A stretch of 64,000 nucleotides of DNA from Fidelibacterota bacterium (GCA_021734045.1 JAIPJR010000001.1:5901-69900); one strand, 5' to 3'. Positions 19,116 through 29,307 are shown, counted from the stretch's first letter. Numbers and translations are program-made. Notes: generated from the sequence alone by a model not told the origin.

Positions 19116-20736
19116 TCGCCACACGGGACCTGTCTTTGCGATTTTCCTATCAGTACCCCTGTTTCTGTCCGCACAAATTCTACTACCCTGGGAAAATTTG
19201 TCATCTGTTCCCGATTTTGGGGTAACAGCGGGGCCAGCGGTGACACTGAATTTTGAAAGGCCTTTTGGTTATCCGGGTGTGCAAATCAGGCAGTTTGGTG
19301 ATTTGACCCGCCTGAATCCTGTAAATGGAGAGCCGGATCGTCTGATATATCCCTGGTGGTCTGCGGTGAGTGATACGACACAAATCCTGCTGCGCCCTCC
19401 CGTCATTCATGAGCCGGATACATTGGGCGCGCGGGTGATGATCGATTACAAACAGGGGGATGCGGCATTTAAAAATTTCGCCTTTACATACAAAAATGCC
19501 TTAAGCCGGGAAACCGCTATCGGGTGGGTGAGTGAAAACCGCCGTCACACACGCTTTCTGGATGTGATAGATTACGAACAGCAGGATCATCGGTTTGAAT
19601 ATCTGATCCAAACCAGCAACAGCAGCATCCGGGTTCAGGCCAATTACAACCGGCTGCGTACACCATTCTACACCATCATATTTGATACGCTGACGCAGAC
19701 GAGTGTTCTGGATCCATCGGACAATCTGAATTGGGCTCGTTATACGGGTGTGATTGATGCGCAATTTATTCGGAACACGAACCGGTGGGAATTTCTATTG
19801 TACCAACAGCAAGGTTTCTGGCATTGGGATGACTCGACGCGTAATCAGTGGAGTGTTCTGGCACTTTCCCGGTTGGAGCGGCGCTTGGCGAAAGGGTTCA
19901 TGTTTAATGCTGAACTGGGGTATTGGCAGCAGAAATTGGGGGAGTGGAATCTGGGTGTGCCATTAGCCGAGCTGTTTGTTTCCCGCGAAGGCTCATCCTT
20001 CAATGCCGCGCTGGGTATCAAGTCCATGGGGTCAGAAATTTTACCGACCGGTCATCTTCGGTGGCAGCGGAACTGGTTTTATCTGGGCGGTCGGCTGGAA
20101 TCCATTCTCCAATATGACCTGCCTGGTGGGTCCATGCACACCACCTCTGTCCCTCAGGGGTTTCTGGGTATTCGGGACTCCATATTTTCAGCAGAAATCA
20201 TGACCTGGCAGGGATTGGGTGGCCTGCCGTCGCGTTGGCGTTCGGTAATGACTTCAGGCGGAAGAACTGCCGGCTGGGTATTGAAATCGCAGTTGACACT
20301 TCCCTGGCAGATGCGTCTGAAGGTGGGGTATCAGGAATTAACCAAAGGTTCAATGGATTATTATACCTTTGATCAGCGCCGCGTGGTTTGGGGTGTGGAG
20401 CAGTATCTGTTTTTATTTAATAATGCCCTGCTGGCCACACTGCGCTTGTGGGGGACGAGTCATTTTGATGTTCGCAGTGCCCGGTTTCAATCGGAGAGCA
20501 TGCAACTAAAGACACCATTTCTCCTGCGTGCCGACCCGGTGCATCGCCTGAGTTACAGTGTAGAAGCACGCATCAGCGATGTGATTATCGCCTTTACCGA
20601 CCGGAATGTCCTTCAGGACCCGGTCTGGCAAAATTATCTGGGATCAGACTGGCCGGCTACCTACAATGTGGCTTCGAACTTAACTCCTGAGGATCGTTTT
20701 CGATATCTCACCGTCGTCTGGTATTTTTTGAATTGA
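19093..20736 (+). CDS. Secreted / outer-membrane protein, uncharacterised (putative beta-barrel)
   Basis: N-terminal signal-peptide-like segment (…VFAIFLSVPLFLSAQ), alternating amphipathic strands rich in aromatic and G/N/R/W residues, and a C-terminal aromatic residue (…VVWYFLN). No catalytic motif recognised. Confidence 0.45.
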   Translation: MEFFSMINRHTGPVFAIFLSVPLFLSAQILLPWENLSSVPDFGVTAGPAVTLNFERPFGYPGVQIRQFGDLTRLNPVNGEPDRLIYPWWSAVSDTTQILLRPPVIHEPDTLGARVMIDYKQGDAAFKNFAFTYKNALSRETAIGWVSENRRHTRFLDVIDYEQQDHRFEYLIQTSNSSIRVQANYNRLRTPFYTIIFDTLTQTSVLDPSDNLNWARYTGVIDAQFIRNTNRWEFLLYQQQGFWHWDDSTRNQWSVLALSRLERRLAKGFMFNAELGYWQQKLGEWNLGVPLAELFVSREGSSFNAALGIKSMGSEILPTGHLRWQRNWFYLGGRLESILQYDLPGGSMHTTSVPQGFLGIRDSIFSAEIMTWQGLGGLPSRWRSVMTSGGRTAGWVLKSQLTLPWQMRLKVGYQELTKGSMDYYTFDQRRVVWGVEQYLFLFNNALLATLRLWGTSHFDVRSARFQSESMQLKTPFLLRADPVHRLSYSVEARISDVIIAFTDRNVLQDPVWQNYLGSDWPATYNVASNLTPEDRFRYLTVVWYFLN

Positions 20737-20763
20737 TGGTTTGTTGAGAATGTGAGAGAAATA

Positions 20764-20799
20764 AAAACGGGCTGCCAAAAACAGCCCGTTTCATTTTGT
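20764..20799. terminator. Bidirectional terminator between convergent genes
   Basis: Hairpin aaacgggctg-ccaaaaa-cagcccgttt flanked by A- and T-tracts, lying between the + strand gene ending at 20736 and the - strand RND gene ending at 20827. Confidence 0.65.
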
Positions 20800-20826
20800 T
20801 CGAAAATATCCACCAACTTCCGTTGA

Positions 20827-23800
20827 TTAGGTGACCAGCTCCTGTGAGGACACATACTCACTCATCTTCGCCTGTTTTTTCGCGAAGCGTTTTCGTGTCA
20901 TGAGCAGATAGAGTGTGGGAATGAAAATCAGGGTCAGAAAGGTGGATACGGTCATACCGCCAATTACTGAGCGTGCCATGGGTGCCCAGATTTCTGCACC
21001 CGAACCGAACCCCAATGATAACGGCAACAGTGATAGAATTGTGGTTAAGGCGGTCATAAGAATCGGCCGTAACCGCAAACGCCCGCCTTTCACAATCGCT
21101 TCCTGCAGTGAAAGGTCATCCTCCCGGCCGACGATTTGATTGATAAAGTCAATGAGTACGATGGCATTATTCACCACCACACCGACCAGCAGCATCGCGC
21201 CAATCATCACCGTGATTCCCATGTTGGTACCGGTGAGCAGGAGTGCCCAAACCACACCGATAAATGCCAGGGGAACGGTGAAGAGAATGATGAAAGGATC
21301 CAGAAAGGATTCAAACTGGGCTGCCATCACCATGTAAACCAAGATTATGGCGGCTAAAATTGCCAAACCCAGATACATGAACGATTCCTGTAAATCCTTG
21401 GCCGTGCCGCCAATTTCAATACGGAAATCCGGTGGTAATGGCAAAGTCTCCAGCTTGGCATTCAGGTCATTGGTGATGGATTGGAGATCGCGTCCCGAAT
21501 TGTTGGCATTTACCGTCACCAGACGACTTTGGTCTTCCCGGTCAATTTTAACCGGTGCGTCACCAGCCACGATTGAAGCCACATTATTCAGCGGAATCTG
21601 CTCTCCGGTGGGTGTTGAAATATAAATTCTGCTCAAGTCCACTTCACTGGAACGAAAAGCCCGGTCATACCGCACCACCACATTGTACTCATCGCCGCCC
21701 TCACGATAACGGGTGGCAATACTACCTTTGATGGCGGTGGAAACGGTTCGGGCAATGGCTGACACATTCAGACCCAGCGCTGCCGCCCGATCCCGGTCAA
21801 TGTGCACCTGATACTCGGGTTGGGGGAGGGTGAATGACAGATTGATATCCACCAATCCCTCAATGTCCTCCATTATGTTCTCAACCTCATAAGCCAGCTC
21901 TTTCGCGGCTTCCAGGTCGTGACCAAAAATTTTCACCTGAACCGCACCGCCACCACCCATGGCCGGCCCACCCTGCTGAAAATTCATCTTCACACCCGGT
22001 AATTCAGCGAAGCGCTCCCTGAGAACATCCTGAATTTCAAACTGGCTCCGTTCGCGCTCATCTTTATCCGATAGCCGAATCATCATGGAGCCTTTATTGG
22101 AAGCATTACTGCCAAAGATGACCCCAAATCCGGTAGCTGTTCCGAAACTGATATAGACATTTTCAGCTTCCGGAACCTCATCGTGAACGATTTGTTCAGC
22201 CCGGGCAAAAATATCATTCGTCTGGGGTAATGATGTGCCGACTTCCGTGGAAATGTCCATGCTTATCATGCCCTGGTCCGCTTCGGGAATGAATTCACCG
22301 CCCAGACGGGAACCCAGTGCCATGGTGAAGATGAAAATTCCTACGATACTGAAAATAATCGTCTTCGGACGCTTTAATGCAAAACGCAAGGAGCGTTCAT
22401 ACACATCAATTAAGCCGACGAGCAAATGACCGATACGATTATCGAGCCAGACAGCCATACCCCATTTGTGGGTTTGTTGCTTGCGCGACAGGAGCCGGCT
22501 GGCCATGAGCGGGATCAGGGTTAACGCCACCAACAGCGATGTAATGAGCGATACCACAATGGTGAGCGCCATATCCTTGAAAAGCTGCCCGGCAATCCCT
22601 GGTACAAACAGAATGGGAACGAATACGGCTAAAGTTGTCAGCGTGGAAGCGGTGATTGCCATTCCCACTTCGCTGGCGCCATTCTCTGAGGCCACCCGAA
22701 TACGTTCACCACTCTGCTGGCGTCGGAAAATATTTTCCAGCACCACGATGGAATTATCCACCAGCAATCCAATGGATAATGCCAGACCGGCCATTGAAAT
22801 GATATTCAGTGTAATACCCAGGCGGGCCATGATGAAAAAGGTGACCACAATGGAAATGGGAATTGAAATGGAGACAATAACCGCGCTGCGAATGTGGCGC
22901 AGGAAGAAAAATAAGACCAGTCCCGAAAGCAAAAAGGCTTGAATAACGGTGCTGGATAAATTGGAAATGGATTGGTTGATGAATTTTGCCTGGTCAAACA
23001 AGACATTGAATTTAAGTCCGTTCCCCAGCCGTTTTTCCAGGTCGGGTAATGCCTCTAACACCGCTTCTGTCGCCTGGACTGTATTGGCATCCGTCTGTTT
23101 ATAGGCCATCATCATCAGCGCGTTCTGCTGATTGGTGCGAATGACCTGAGAAATTTCCTTAAAGCCATCGGTCACGGTGGCCACATTCTTCAGGTAGATG
23201 GGTGTTCCGGAATTGGAATATCCCACCACTGTATTCCCAATCTGATCCACACTGCTGAAAGTAGCATCTGTTTTCACCGAGAATTCCCGGCTGCCTTCTT
23301 CCAGTGTTCCACCCGGGATTTCCAGATTACTGAAAGTGAGGGCATTTTGAATCTGCTCCACCGTAATCCCGTTTGCGGCTAATTGATAGGGATTCAATGA
23401 AACCTGGATCTCCCGCTCCAATCCACCAACCGTTGTAATTGACGCCACACCGGGCAGCCGCTCCAGCCGCGGCTCCGCCTGTTCCAGGAGGAGTTTCCGC
23501 AACTCGGCCTCACCCAATTGATCCGCGGTGGCCGACATAAAGACAATTGGTTGCATGGAGGGGTTGAATGCGAAGGTCAGGGGCTGACTCACCTCATCCG
23601 GGAAGTAATCACGGATCAAATCAATCTGCTTCCGGACATTCTGCTCCGCCACATCCATGTCGGTACCCCAGTCGAATTCGATGAAAATGATGGAGGAGCC
23701 GCTCAGGGATTGGGAAGTGACCCGTTTCACACCTTCCACGGAAACCACCGTTTCCTCAATGGGACGGGTTACCAGCGTTTCAATATCTTCCGGTCCCACA

Positions 23801-23958
23801 CCTTCGTACTGGGTGATTGCGCCGATGAGGGGAAACTGGATATCGGGATACAAGTCCAGCCGCAACTGGAGTAATCCGAAAACACCAAATCCCACGGCGA
23901 TGAGATAAATCATGGCGAAGGTGACGCCACGCTGGATACTGACTTTTGATAATTTCAT
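20827..23958 (-). CDS. RND-family multidrug efflux transporter (AcrB/HAE1-like)
   Basis: 1043-aa, 12-TM protein with two large periplasmic loops and characteristic AcrB family sequence throughout. Confidence 0.9.
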   Translation of the reverse strand: MKLSKVSIQRGVTFAMIYLIAVGFGVFGLLQLRLDLYPDIQFPLIGAITQYEGVGPEDIETLVTRPIEETVVSVEGVKRVTSQSLSGSSIIFIEFDWGTDMDVAEQNVRKQIDLIRDYFPDEVSQPLTFAFNPSMQPIVFMSATADQLGEAELRKLLLEQAEPRLERLPGVASITTVGGLEREIQVSLNPYQLAANGITVEQIQNALTFSNLEIPGGTLEEGSREFSVKTDATFSSVDQIGNTVVGYSNSGTPIYLKNVATVTDGFKEISQVIRTNQQNALMMMAYKQTDANTVQATEAVLEALPDLEKRLGNGLKFNVLFDQAKFINQSISNLSSTVIQAFLLSGLVLFFFLRHIRSAVIVSISIPISIVVTFFIMARLGITLNIISMAGLALSIGLLVDNSIVVLENIFRRQQSGERIRVASENGASEVGMAITASTLTTLAVFVPILFVPGIAGQLFKDMALTIVVSLITSLLVALTLIPLMASRLLSRKQQTHKWGMAVWLDNRIGHLLVGLIDVYERSLRFALKRPKTIIFSIVGIFIFTMALGSRLGGEFIPEADQGMISMDISTEVGTSLPQTNDIFARAEQIVHDEVPEAENVYISFGTATGFGVIFGSNASNKGSMMIRLSDKDERERSQFEIQDVLRERFAELPGVKMNFQQGGPAMGGGGAVQVKIFGHDLEAAKELAYEVENIMEDIEGLVDINLSFTLPQPEYQVHIDRDRAAALGLNVSAIARTVSTAIKGSIATRYREGGDEYNVVVRYDRAFRSSEVDLSRIYISTPTGEQIPLNNVASIVAGDAPVKIDREDQSRLVTVNANNSGRDLQSITNDLNAKLETLPLPPDFRIEIGGTAKDLQESFMYLGLAILAAIILVYMVMAAQFESFLDPFIILFTVPLAFIGVVWALLLTGTNMGITVMIGAMLLVGVVVNNAIVLIDFINQIVGREDDLSLQEAIVKGGRLRLRPILMTALTTILSLLPLSLGFGSGAEIWAPMARSVIGGMTVSTFLTLIFIPTLYLLMTRKRFAKKQAKMSEYVSSQELVT

Positions 23959-23970
23959 ACCGAATTGTCC

Positions 23971-25257
23971 TTAATTCTTCACACTCACCAGGGTGGAATC
24001 GTTGAGGATGGTGCGACCAATTGAAACAACTTCATCACCCTCCTGTAGCCCGGATAATACTTCGTAGAAGGCATCCGATTCGATGCCAATCTGAATGGTA
24101 CGGTATAATGCCAGACTGTCATCCACCACGAATACTGAATAAGTCGTGATCACCTTACTGTCCCGCAAATCGGTTCCGGTCTGAATTTGATTGGTCTTGG
24201 TATCCACATCATTTTTGGAAACCAGCAGGACATCATTCTTTTCCTCGATGAGAATTTTCACCGTTCCAAACATCCCGGGTTTCAGCAGACTCTCCGGGTT
24301 GGGTACGCTGATTTCGGCTTCGGTTGTCCGGGTCGCTGGATTGAGAACGGGTGAAACTTTCGACACGACACCTTCGAAATTGTGGTTTGGATGCGCGGTG
24401 GTCGTGATAATCGAGCGCATACCCCGGCGCACTTTACTCACATCAGCTTCAGATAATTGAACCACCACTTTCACGGTGTCCATCTGGTAGATATTGATCA
24501 GCGGGATTTGACCGGCGACCATATCACCCTCCTCCAGCGTCCGGCCGGCGACAACACCGGAGATGGGCGCTTGAATCAGCGCATCACCCAATTGGGATTT
24601 CATGCTGGTAAGGGCAGCGCGTGCCTGGTTTACGGCCTCTTCGGTCACCTCTTTTTGGGTTTTTATCTGGTCAAACTGACTTTTCGACATGGCATTGGCT
24701 TCATACAGTGAAGCGGCACGGTTGAACTCCTCCTGGACATTCATCAGTTGAGCCAGGGCGGTATTCAACCCTGCGTTGGCCTGATTCACCGCTTCCATTA
24801 ATTTGGTATCTTCAATCTGGGCAATGGGATCGCCTGCGTTTACAAAATCACCATTATCCACATAAAATTTGTTGATGCGATCGGGGACTTTACTGAAAAC
24901 CCGAACCATGGTTTTCCCGCGCACATCACCCACATAGGTGAGGGATTTAGCGATATAGCCCCGCTTAATGGGATCCGTGTAAACCGGAACGACGACATTT
25001 TCTGATTCAGAAAGGTTCGCTTTCTTCAACTGCGCCACCAGTTTCTCGACATTTTCCACAAATGCCCGGCTCTCATCTGTCGTGGGATTGGGATTTTTTG
25101 TGTAATCCGTAACCAGTGCCACAATTTTATTTGCCGTCCGGTCATAGGTGAGCCCGGCGTTTTTCTTGCCACCACCCATTACCATCGCGCCGATGATGAT
25201 TAAAACCACGACGACGATTGCTGCTATGATTATTTTCTTTTTCATACGTATCCTCAC
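23971..25257 (-). CDS. RND efflux membrane fusion protein (HlyD/AcrA family periplasmic adaptor)
   Basis: N-terminal TM anchor, coiled-coil hairpin, and lipoyl and beta-barrel domains, lying between the TolC-like and RND genes. Confidence 0.85.
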   Translation of the reverse strand: MRIRMKKKIIIAAIVVVVLIIIGAMVMGGGKKNAGLTYDRTANKIVALVTDYTKNPNPTTDESRAFVENVEKLVAQLKKANLSESENVVVPVYTDPIKRGYIAKSLTYVGDVRGKTMVRVFSKVPDRINKFYVDNGDFVNAGDPIAQIEDTKLMEAVNQANAGLNTALAQLMNVQEEFNRAASLYEANAMSKSQFDQIKTQKEVTEEAVNQARAALTSMKSQLGDALIQAPISGVVAGRTLEEGDMVAGQIPLINIYQMDTVKVVVQLSEADVSKVRRGMRSIITTTAHPNHNFEGVVSKVSPVLNPATRTTEAEISVPNPESLLKPGMFGTVKILIEEKNDVLLVSKNDVDTKTNQIQTGTDLRDSKVITTYSVFVVDDSLALYRTIQIGIESDAFYEVLSGLQEGDEVVSIGRTILNDSTLVSVKN

Positions 25258-25288
25258 GTTGACTCAATTCTATTGTTTAGTGCACCTT

Positions 25289-26608
25289 TTACAGGGCATT
25301 CACCGCTTTTTTCAACTGATCCACGGCCACATTGTATTGAAAAATGGACTGGTAATAACTGGACTGAGCCTGGAGGTAGTTCCCCTCCGCCGTTAAAACT
25401 TCCAGTTGCGTCGTGCTGCCGTTTTCGTACATGATGCGCGCCAAACGCAGGGCTTCGGCGGCATGTTCCATCATGGTGGCGTTTGCACCGATATTCATTT
25501 CGGTTTCGTTTACTTTCAGCCAGGCTGATTCGATTTCAGATTTGATGGATAATGCCGTCTGCTGTAGCCGAATGTCTGCTTCCTTTTTAGAAATCAACGC
25601 CTTCTGAATGCCCAGGGTTTTACGCCCGCCCGAAAAAAGCGGCCAGGACAGATTCAGCGCGGTAGTCGTGCTCCGCATGTACAAGTCCCGGTCAATGTCG
25701 CGGGAGTGTTCGGCTTGGGCCTGATGGCGCACATCCGCACTCAGTGAGAGGGACGGTAAGAGCTGGCCCATGGCAATATTGCGTTGGTATTTCGCAATAT
25801 CCTGCTGACTCTCGGTGATTCGCATCTCCGGACGATTCACCAGACCAATAGCTTTGAGAGAATCCAGAGAGGTACCAGCAAAGGGATTGGCGATTTTCCG
25901 GAGGGAGTCGGCAATGTTCAGATGAACCACTTCTTCAATCCCCATTACCATTCGCAGATGGGTTAGCACCGTCTCGTGTTGATTTTTCAGCGACTGTAAT
26001 TGGGGTTGCAGGCTTTGGAGCTTCACCTGGGCCTGAAGAACATCAAAGCGACTGGCCCGGCCCACGGCTTCACGCTTTTGGACCTGTTCCAGATTGGTTT
26101 TTGCGGAAAGACTAGAGCGTTCCGTGGCTTTAATGAGTGATTCTAAAAACTCGGTTTGGAAGTAAAGACTCCGCACCGTGTTGAGCACCTGTTGCCGGGT
26201 GAGTTCCCGTGACCAGGAACTGATATTTTTTGATTCCAGAGCGATGAGCAAACCATTCCCCGCTGCGCCACCATTGAATAAGGGCTGATTCAGAGACAGT
26301 CCCGCAGTGGCATTATAGGGAACACCCATGGTAATGGGGATGTTGGGTCCGGCGGGATTGGTAAAATTGGGGATGTAAATAACCGGTAGCTCGTGGTTTT
26401 TTGTATATGAGCCGTAAGCGGTAATGCTGGGTAGCACTGTTCCTACTGCTTCGGCTACACTCACTTTTGCCTTGGTTTCACCTTTTCGGGCGATGGTCAG
26501 GTCAAAATTCTGCTCCAGAGCCAATTGTTCCGCTCGCTCCAGGGTTAAATCGATTGTCTGGGCAAACCCCAAACTAACCAACAGGAGGAATAGAGTCATG
26601 CGCTTCAT
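25289..26608 (-). CDS. TolC-family outer membrane efflux protein
   Basis: Signal peptide (MKRMTLFLLLVSLGFAQ) and two repeated alpha-helical/beta-barrel halves typical of outer-membrane factor proteins. First gene of the efflux operon after tetR. Confidence 0.85.
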   Translation of the reverse strand: MKRMTLFLLLVSLGFAQTIDLTLERAEQLALEQNFDLTIARKGETKAKVSVAEAVGTVLPSITAYGSYTKNHELPVIYIPNFTNPAGPNIPITMGVPYNATAGLSLNQPLFNGGAAGNGLLIALESKNISSWSRELTRQQVLNTVRSLYFQTEFLESLIKATERSSLSAKTNLEQVQKREAVGRASRFDVLQAQVKLQSLQPQLQSLKNQHETVLTHLRMVMGIEEVVHLNIADSLRKIANPFAGTSLDSLKAIGLVNRPEMRITESQQDIAKYQRNIAMGQLLPSLSLSADVRHQAQAEHSRDIDRDLYMRSTTTALNLSWPLFSGGRKTLGIQKALISKKEADIRLQQTALSIKSEIESAWLKVNETEMNIGANATMMEHAAEALRLARIMYENGSTTQLEVLTAEGNYLQAQSSYYQSIFQYNVAVDQLKKAVNAL

Positions 26609-27177
26609 TGGATTGACGATCCTTCTTTAATAAACATGATGATCTGTTTTGTCAGATTTTCCGGGTCGAATTCGCCATTTACCCGAAACTGCCGCCCCAT
26701 GATGGCACCATTCACTGCGGGAATAATCATGGATGCCAGTAATTCCGGTTCCATATCATTGCGAACTTCGCGCGCTGCGATGCCCCGTTTAATGATATTG
26801 ACCAGGGATTGAAAACTCTGCTCAATAAGGGGCTCGAAATCTATCTGAATCTGGTTCCGGAAACGCCCTTGCAGCGTGAAAAAAATCAGCCGGCGGGTAT
26901 TGGGGAAATCAATGGCATTTCGCACATTGCACAGTGCCCAGTTATGCAGAGCAGACCATACATCCGGTGAATTCTCCGTCACAGTAATCTCCTGTTGGAG
27001 ATGATTCCGGAAATTATCTTCAACAACAGCCCGGAAAATGGCCTCCTTGTTAGGATAGTGATAATACAAGGCTGCTTTGGTAACGCCAACCGCTTCGGCA
27101 ATCTCCCGCAGAGAGGTACTGGTATAGCCTTTGTCGGCGAATAATCTGGCTGCGGTTTCTTTGATTTTATCTTTCAT
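26605..27177 (-). CDS. TetR/AcrR-family transcriptional regulator
   Basis: N-terminal HTH (…TSLREIAEAVGVTKAALYYHY…). The ATG at 27177 is preceded by the RBS GGGGGA. The GTG at 27198 given in the ORF track is less likely. Overlaps the TolC-like gene by 4 nt. Confidence 0.85.
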   Translation of the reverse strand: MKDKIKETAARLFADKGYTSTSLREIAEAVGVTKAALYYHYPNKEAIFRAVVEDNFRNHLQQEITVTENSPDVWSALHNWALCNVRNAIDFPNTRRLIFFTLQGRFRNQIQIDFEPLIEQSFQSLVNIIKRGIAAREVRNDMEPELLASMIIPAVNGAIMGRQFRVNGEFDPENLTKQIIMFIKEGSSIQ

Positions 27178-27200
27178 CGGTACATATCCCCCGGCCACTC

Positions 27201-27220
27201 CTTACTAACCGGCCGGTAAG
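27201..27220. promoter_or_regulatory. Putative TetR operator, copy 1 (TTACTAACCGGCCGGTAAG)
   Basis: Imperfect dyad CTAACCG-NN-CGGTAAG about 24 nt upstream of the tetR start codon. Copy 2 is nearly identical (17 of 19 positions). Confidence 0.45.
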
Positions 27221-27331
27221 AAAAGCATTATACAGGTGGTAAACAAGAACTTTTGAATCTAATTAATTTTGGTATAAATATAATAAAAACAATAAATAAT
27301 ATGAATTCCGACTATCGATAGTTTAGAAATA

Positions 27332-27350
27332 TTACTAACCGAACGGTAAG
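27332..27350. promoter_or_regulatory. Putative TetR operator, copy 2 (TTACTAACCGAACGGTAAG)
   Basis: Second copy of the same 19-bp dyad motif, about 130 bp further upstream of the tetR-tolC-MFP-RND operon. Confidence 0.4.
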
Positions 27351-27370
27351 TGAGCAGCCGAATAATGCGA

Positions 27371-27406
27371 TCCAAAATAGAAGGCGACGATAAAATCGCC
27401 GCCTTC
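27371..27406 (-). terminator. Putative terminator after the ACT-domain gene
   Basis: Hairpin gaaggcgacgat-aaa-atcgccgccttc, with a single mismatch. On the minus strand it is followed by TATTTTGG. Located 64 nt downstream of the ACT-domain gene stop. Confidence 0.45.
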
Positions 27407-27469
27407 GTTCCCCCTTAACCACCTCCTTTTCAGGAGGCAAGCTAATGTCTGTTACTGCTGGGCTCCCGG

Positions 27470-27946
27470 TCAGGGCACCTCAAATACCGTATCCAGCGCT
27501 TGCCGTGCAATTTCCAGCTGATCCTGCCGGACAACGGAACTAATCGAGCTGATTGAGGTGCTGATTCCTAAGATATTTACACCATTCAAACCCAATGCTC
27601 TGAAAGCCCGTGCCGCCAATCCACAGCGCTCCCTGAAATGCGGTCCGTACACGGTCAAAAGACTGACCGGGTAGGTCTTGGTTACCTTCAAATTCTGATG
27701 CAATTCCTGTACTGCCTGTACAGCCTGGTCCAGATTGTACTCATCATCCGGTTTTACGGTTACCGACATCATCGCCTGGCCTTCATCTCCGATGCTGCTG
27801 GTGGCTGAGATGAATCCGATACAAATATTCCGTGCGGCAAATTTACTCAAAACCGTACCCGCCCAGTCTGGAGAATCTATTCCGGATGAGAGATGAATGA
27901 ACATGAGATTGTTGTCCACCAGAATGCCGCCTACCCGCTCTTTCAT
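27470..27946 (-). CDS. Stand-alone tandem ACT-domain protein (aspartokinase regulatory-domain-like)
   Basis: 158 aa. Its C-terminal half resembles the regulatory ACT pair of aspartate kinases (…LLTVYGPHFRERCGLAARAFRALGLNGVNILGISTSISSISSVV…). The start ATG overlaps the histidine kinase stop (ATGA). Confidence 0.6.
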   Translation of the reverse strand: MKERVGGILVDNNLMFIHLSSGIDSPDWAGTVLSKFAARNICIGFISATSSIGDEGQAMMSVTVKPDDEYNLDQAVQAVQELHQNLKVTKTYPVSLLTVYGPHFRERCGLAARAFRALGLNGVNILGISTSISSISSVVRQDQLEIARQALDTVFEVP

Positions 27947-29286
27947 GGGACAATCTCCTTTGGAAAATGCACCTGAAAGGTGGAGCCCTGGTCCACTATG
28001 CTCTCCACCGTGACATAGCCACCGTGTTCATCTACCAGCCGCTCCACAATTGCTAATCCCAGCCCTGAGCCTGCTGAACTCACCGACTTTGCCTGAGGTG
28101 TACGATAAAATTCGTGAAAAATTTTCTTCAAATCCGAGGCTGCAATGCCAATACCGGTATCACGTACCTCCAGCAGGATTTCATCACTGGCGTCCATCAG
28201 GCGAATCAGGACGGAACCACTCTCCGGGGTATAGCGCACCCCGTTGGTTACCAGATTCCGCAGCACCTTCCGGATAGCATCCGGATCACAGACCAGTTTC
28301 ACCGGAGATTTCGGCATTTCCGCATCCAGCGTAATATGATGTGCGCTGGCGGTGATTTTTTCGTCCTGTAGAACTTCCTGCACCAACTCCCGCAGATCTG
28401 TTTCTACAAATTCCCCGGCACGCCGTAAATCACCGTAAGTGAGGTCCGAAAGGTCATTGAGCAATGCGATCATTTCTTCAGTTTTTTTCATGGATCGGGC
28501 TGCCATGTCCAGCACCCGGTCATCCACCTGATCGTGGAGAATGTCGTGAATGACTGCCAGGGTGGATTGGATGGTGCTGATGGGGGCTTTCAATTCGTGA
28601 CTGCTGACGCGAAGAAAGTTGGTTTTAGCCCGGTTCAATTCCTGGAGACGCCGGTTAGTGAATTCCAGACGTGTCCGCACCCGACGATACCGGTCGGTGA
28701 CATTTTTCGCCAGATAGGTGGAGAGGAAAATAGTCATGAGAAAAATGAGCCAGGTGAAAACCACAATTTCGGTGTACCGGGTGATATCTACACCTTCGTA
28801 AAAATTGAAATGGGGGAGAACACCAAGCCATTCGGTGCCCAGTAATGTGGTGTACAGAATTACTGCCAAGCCTGCAAATCCATAAGGCCGGGTCCCTGGA
28901 AAGATGACTGCGGCAGTAATAATGTGGAACAGATAGAAAAAGTAGAGCGGACTTTCGATTCCACCGGTAAAATGTATCAGAACGGTGAGGATGAGTAGGT
29001 CTCCCACCATCTGGATGACGATCAAATTTATCAGGTAGTCTTTGTGTTGACGAATAACATAATCGCGCAACAGAATGTAGATGGCATTGACAAGGACCAG
29101 GCCAATGAGAATCAGCACCAGGGCTTTGCATTGGACATGAATAGCCGGGAAATAGCATCCCAGCGCGATGCCAATGCCGAACACAACGATTGCCAGCCAG
29201 CGAATTCTGATTAGCCACGTGACCCGCCGCCGCAACGCAGCTGCAGTGAAAAAGGGTAGTGTGAATGGTGTCCGGCTCTGACTCAC
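27943..29286 (-). CDS. Sensor histidine kinase (membrane-embedded six-TM sensor, HisKA + HATPase_c)
   Basis: Six N-terminal TM helices without a sizeable periplasmic loop, then an H-box (RVSSHELKAPISTI) and N/G1/G2 boxes (…LVTNGVRYT…DTGIGI…GSGLGLAIV…). 447 aa. Confidence 0.85.
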   Translation of the reverse strand: MSQSRTPFTLPFFTAAALRRRVTWLIRIRWLAIVVFGIGIALGCYFPAIHVQCKALVLILIGLVLVNAIYILLRDYVIRQHKDYLINLIVIQMVGDLLILTVLIHFTGGIESPLYFFYLFHIITAAVIFPGTRPYGFAGLAVILYTTLLGTEWLGVLPHFNFYEGVDITRYTEIVVFTWLIFLMTIFLSTYLAKNVTDRYRRVRTRLEFTNRRLQELNRAKTNFLRVSSHELKAPISTIQSTLAVIHDILHDQVDDRVLDMAARSMKKTEEMIALLNDLSDLTYGDLRRAGEFVETDLRELVQEVLQDEKITASAHHITLDAEMPKSPVKLVCDPDAIRKVLRNLVTNGVRYTPESGSVLIRLMDASDEILLEVRDTGIGIAASDLKKIFHEFYRTPQAKSVSSAGSGLGLAIVERLVDEHGGYVTVESIVDQGSTFQVHFPKEIVP

Positions 29287-29307
29287 TGGGTTCCCACCTT
29301 CATGTAA

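Noticed and set aside
28655-29218. 187-aa minus-strand alternative-frame ORF inside the histidine kinase gene, and several 60-120-aa ORFs antisense to nuoL, feoB, the RND pump, the TonB receptor and others
   Set aside because: They are embedded in genes with strong family signatures, are in other frames, and lack RBS or start-codon context.
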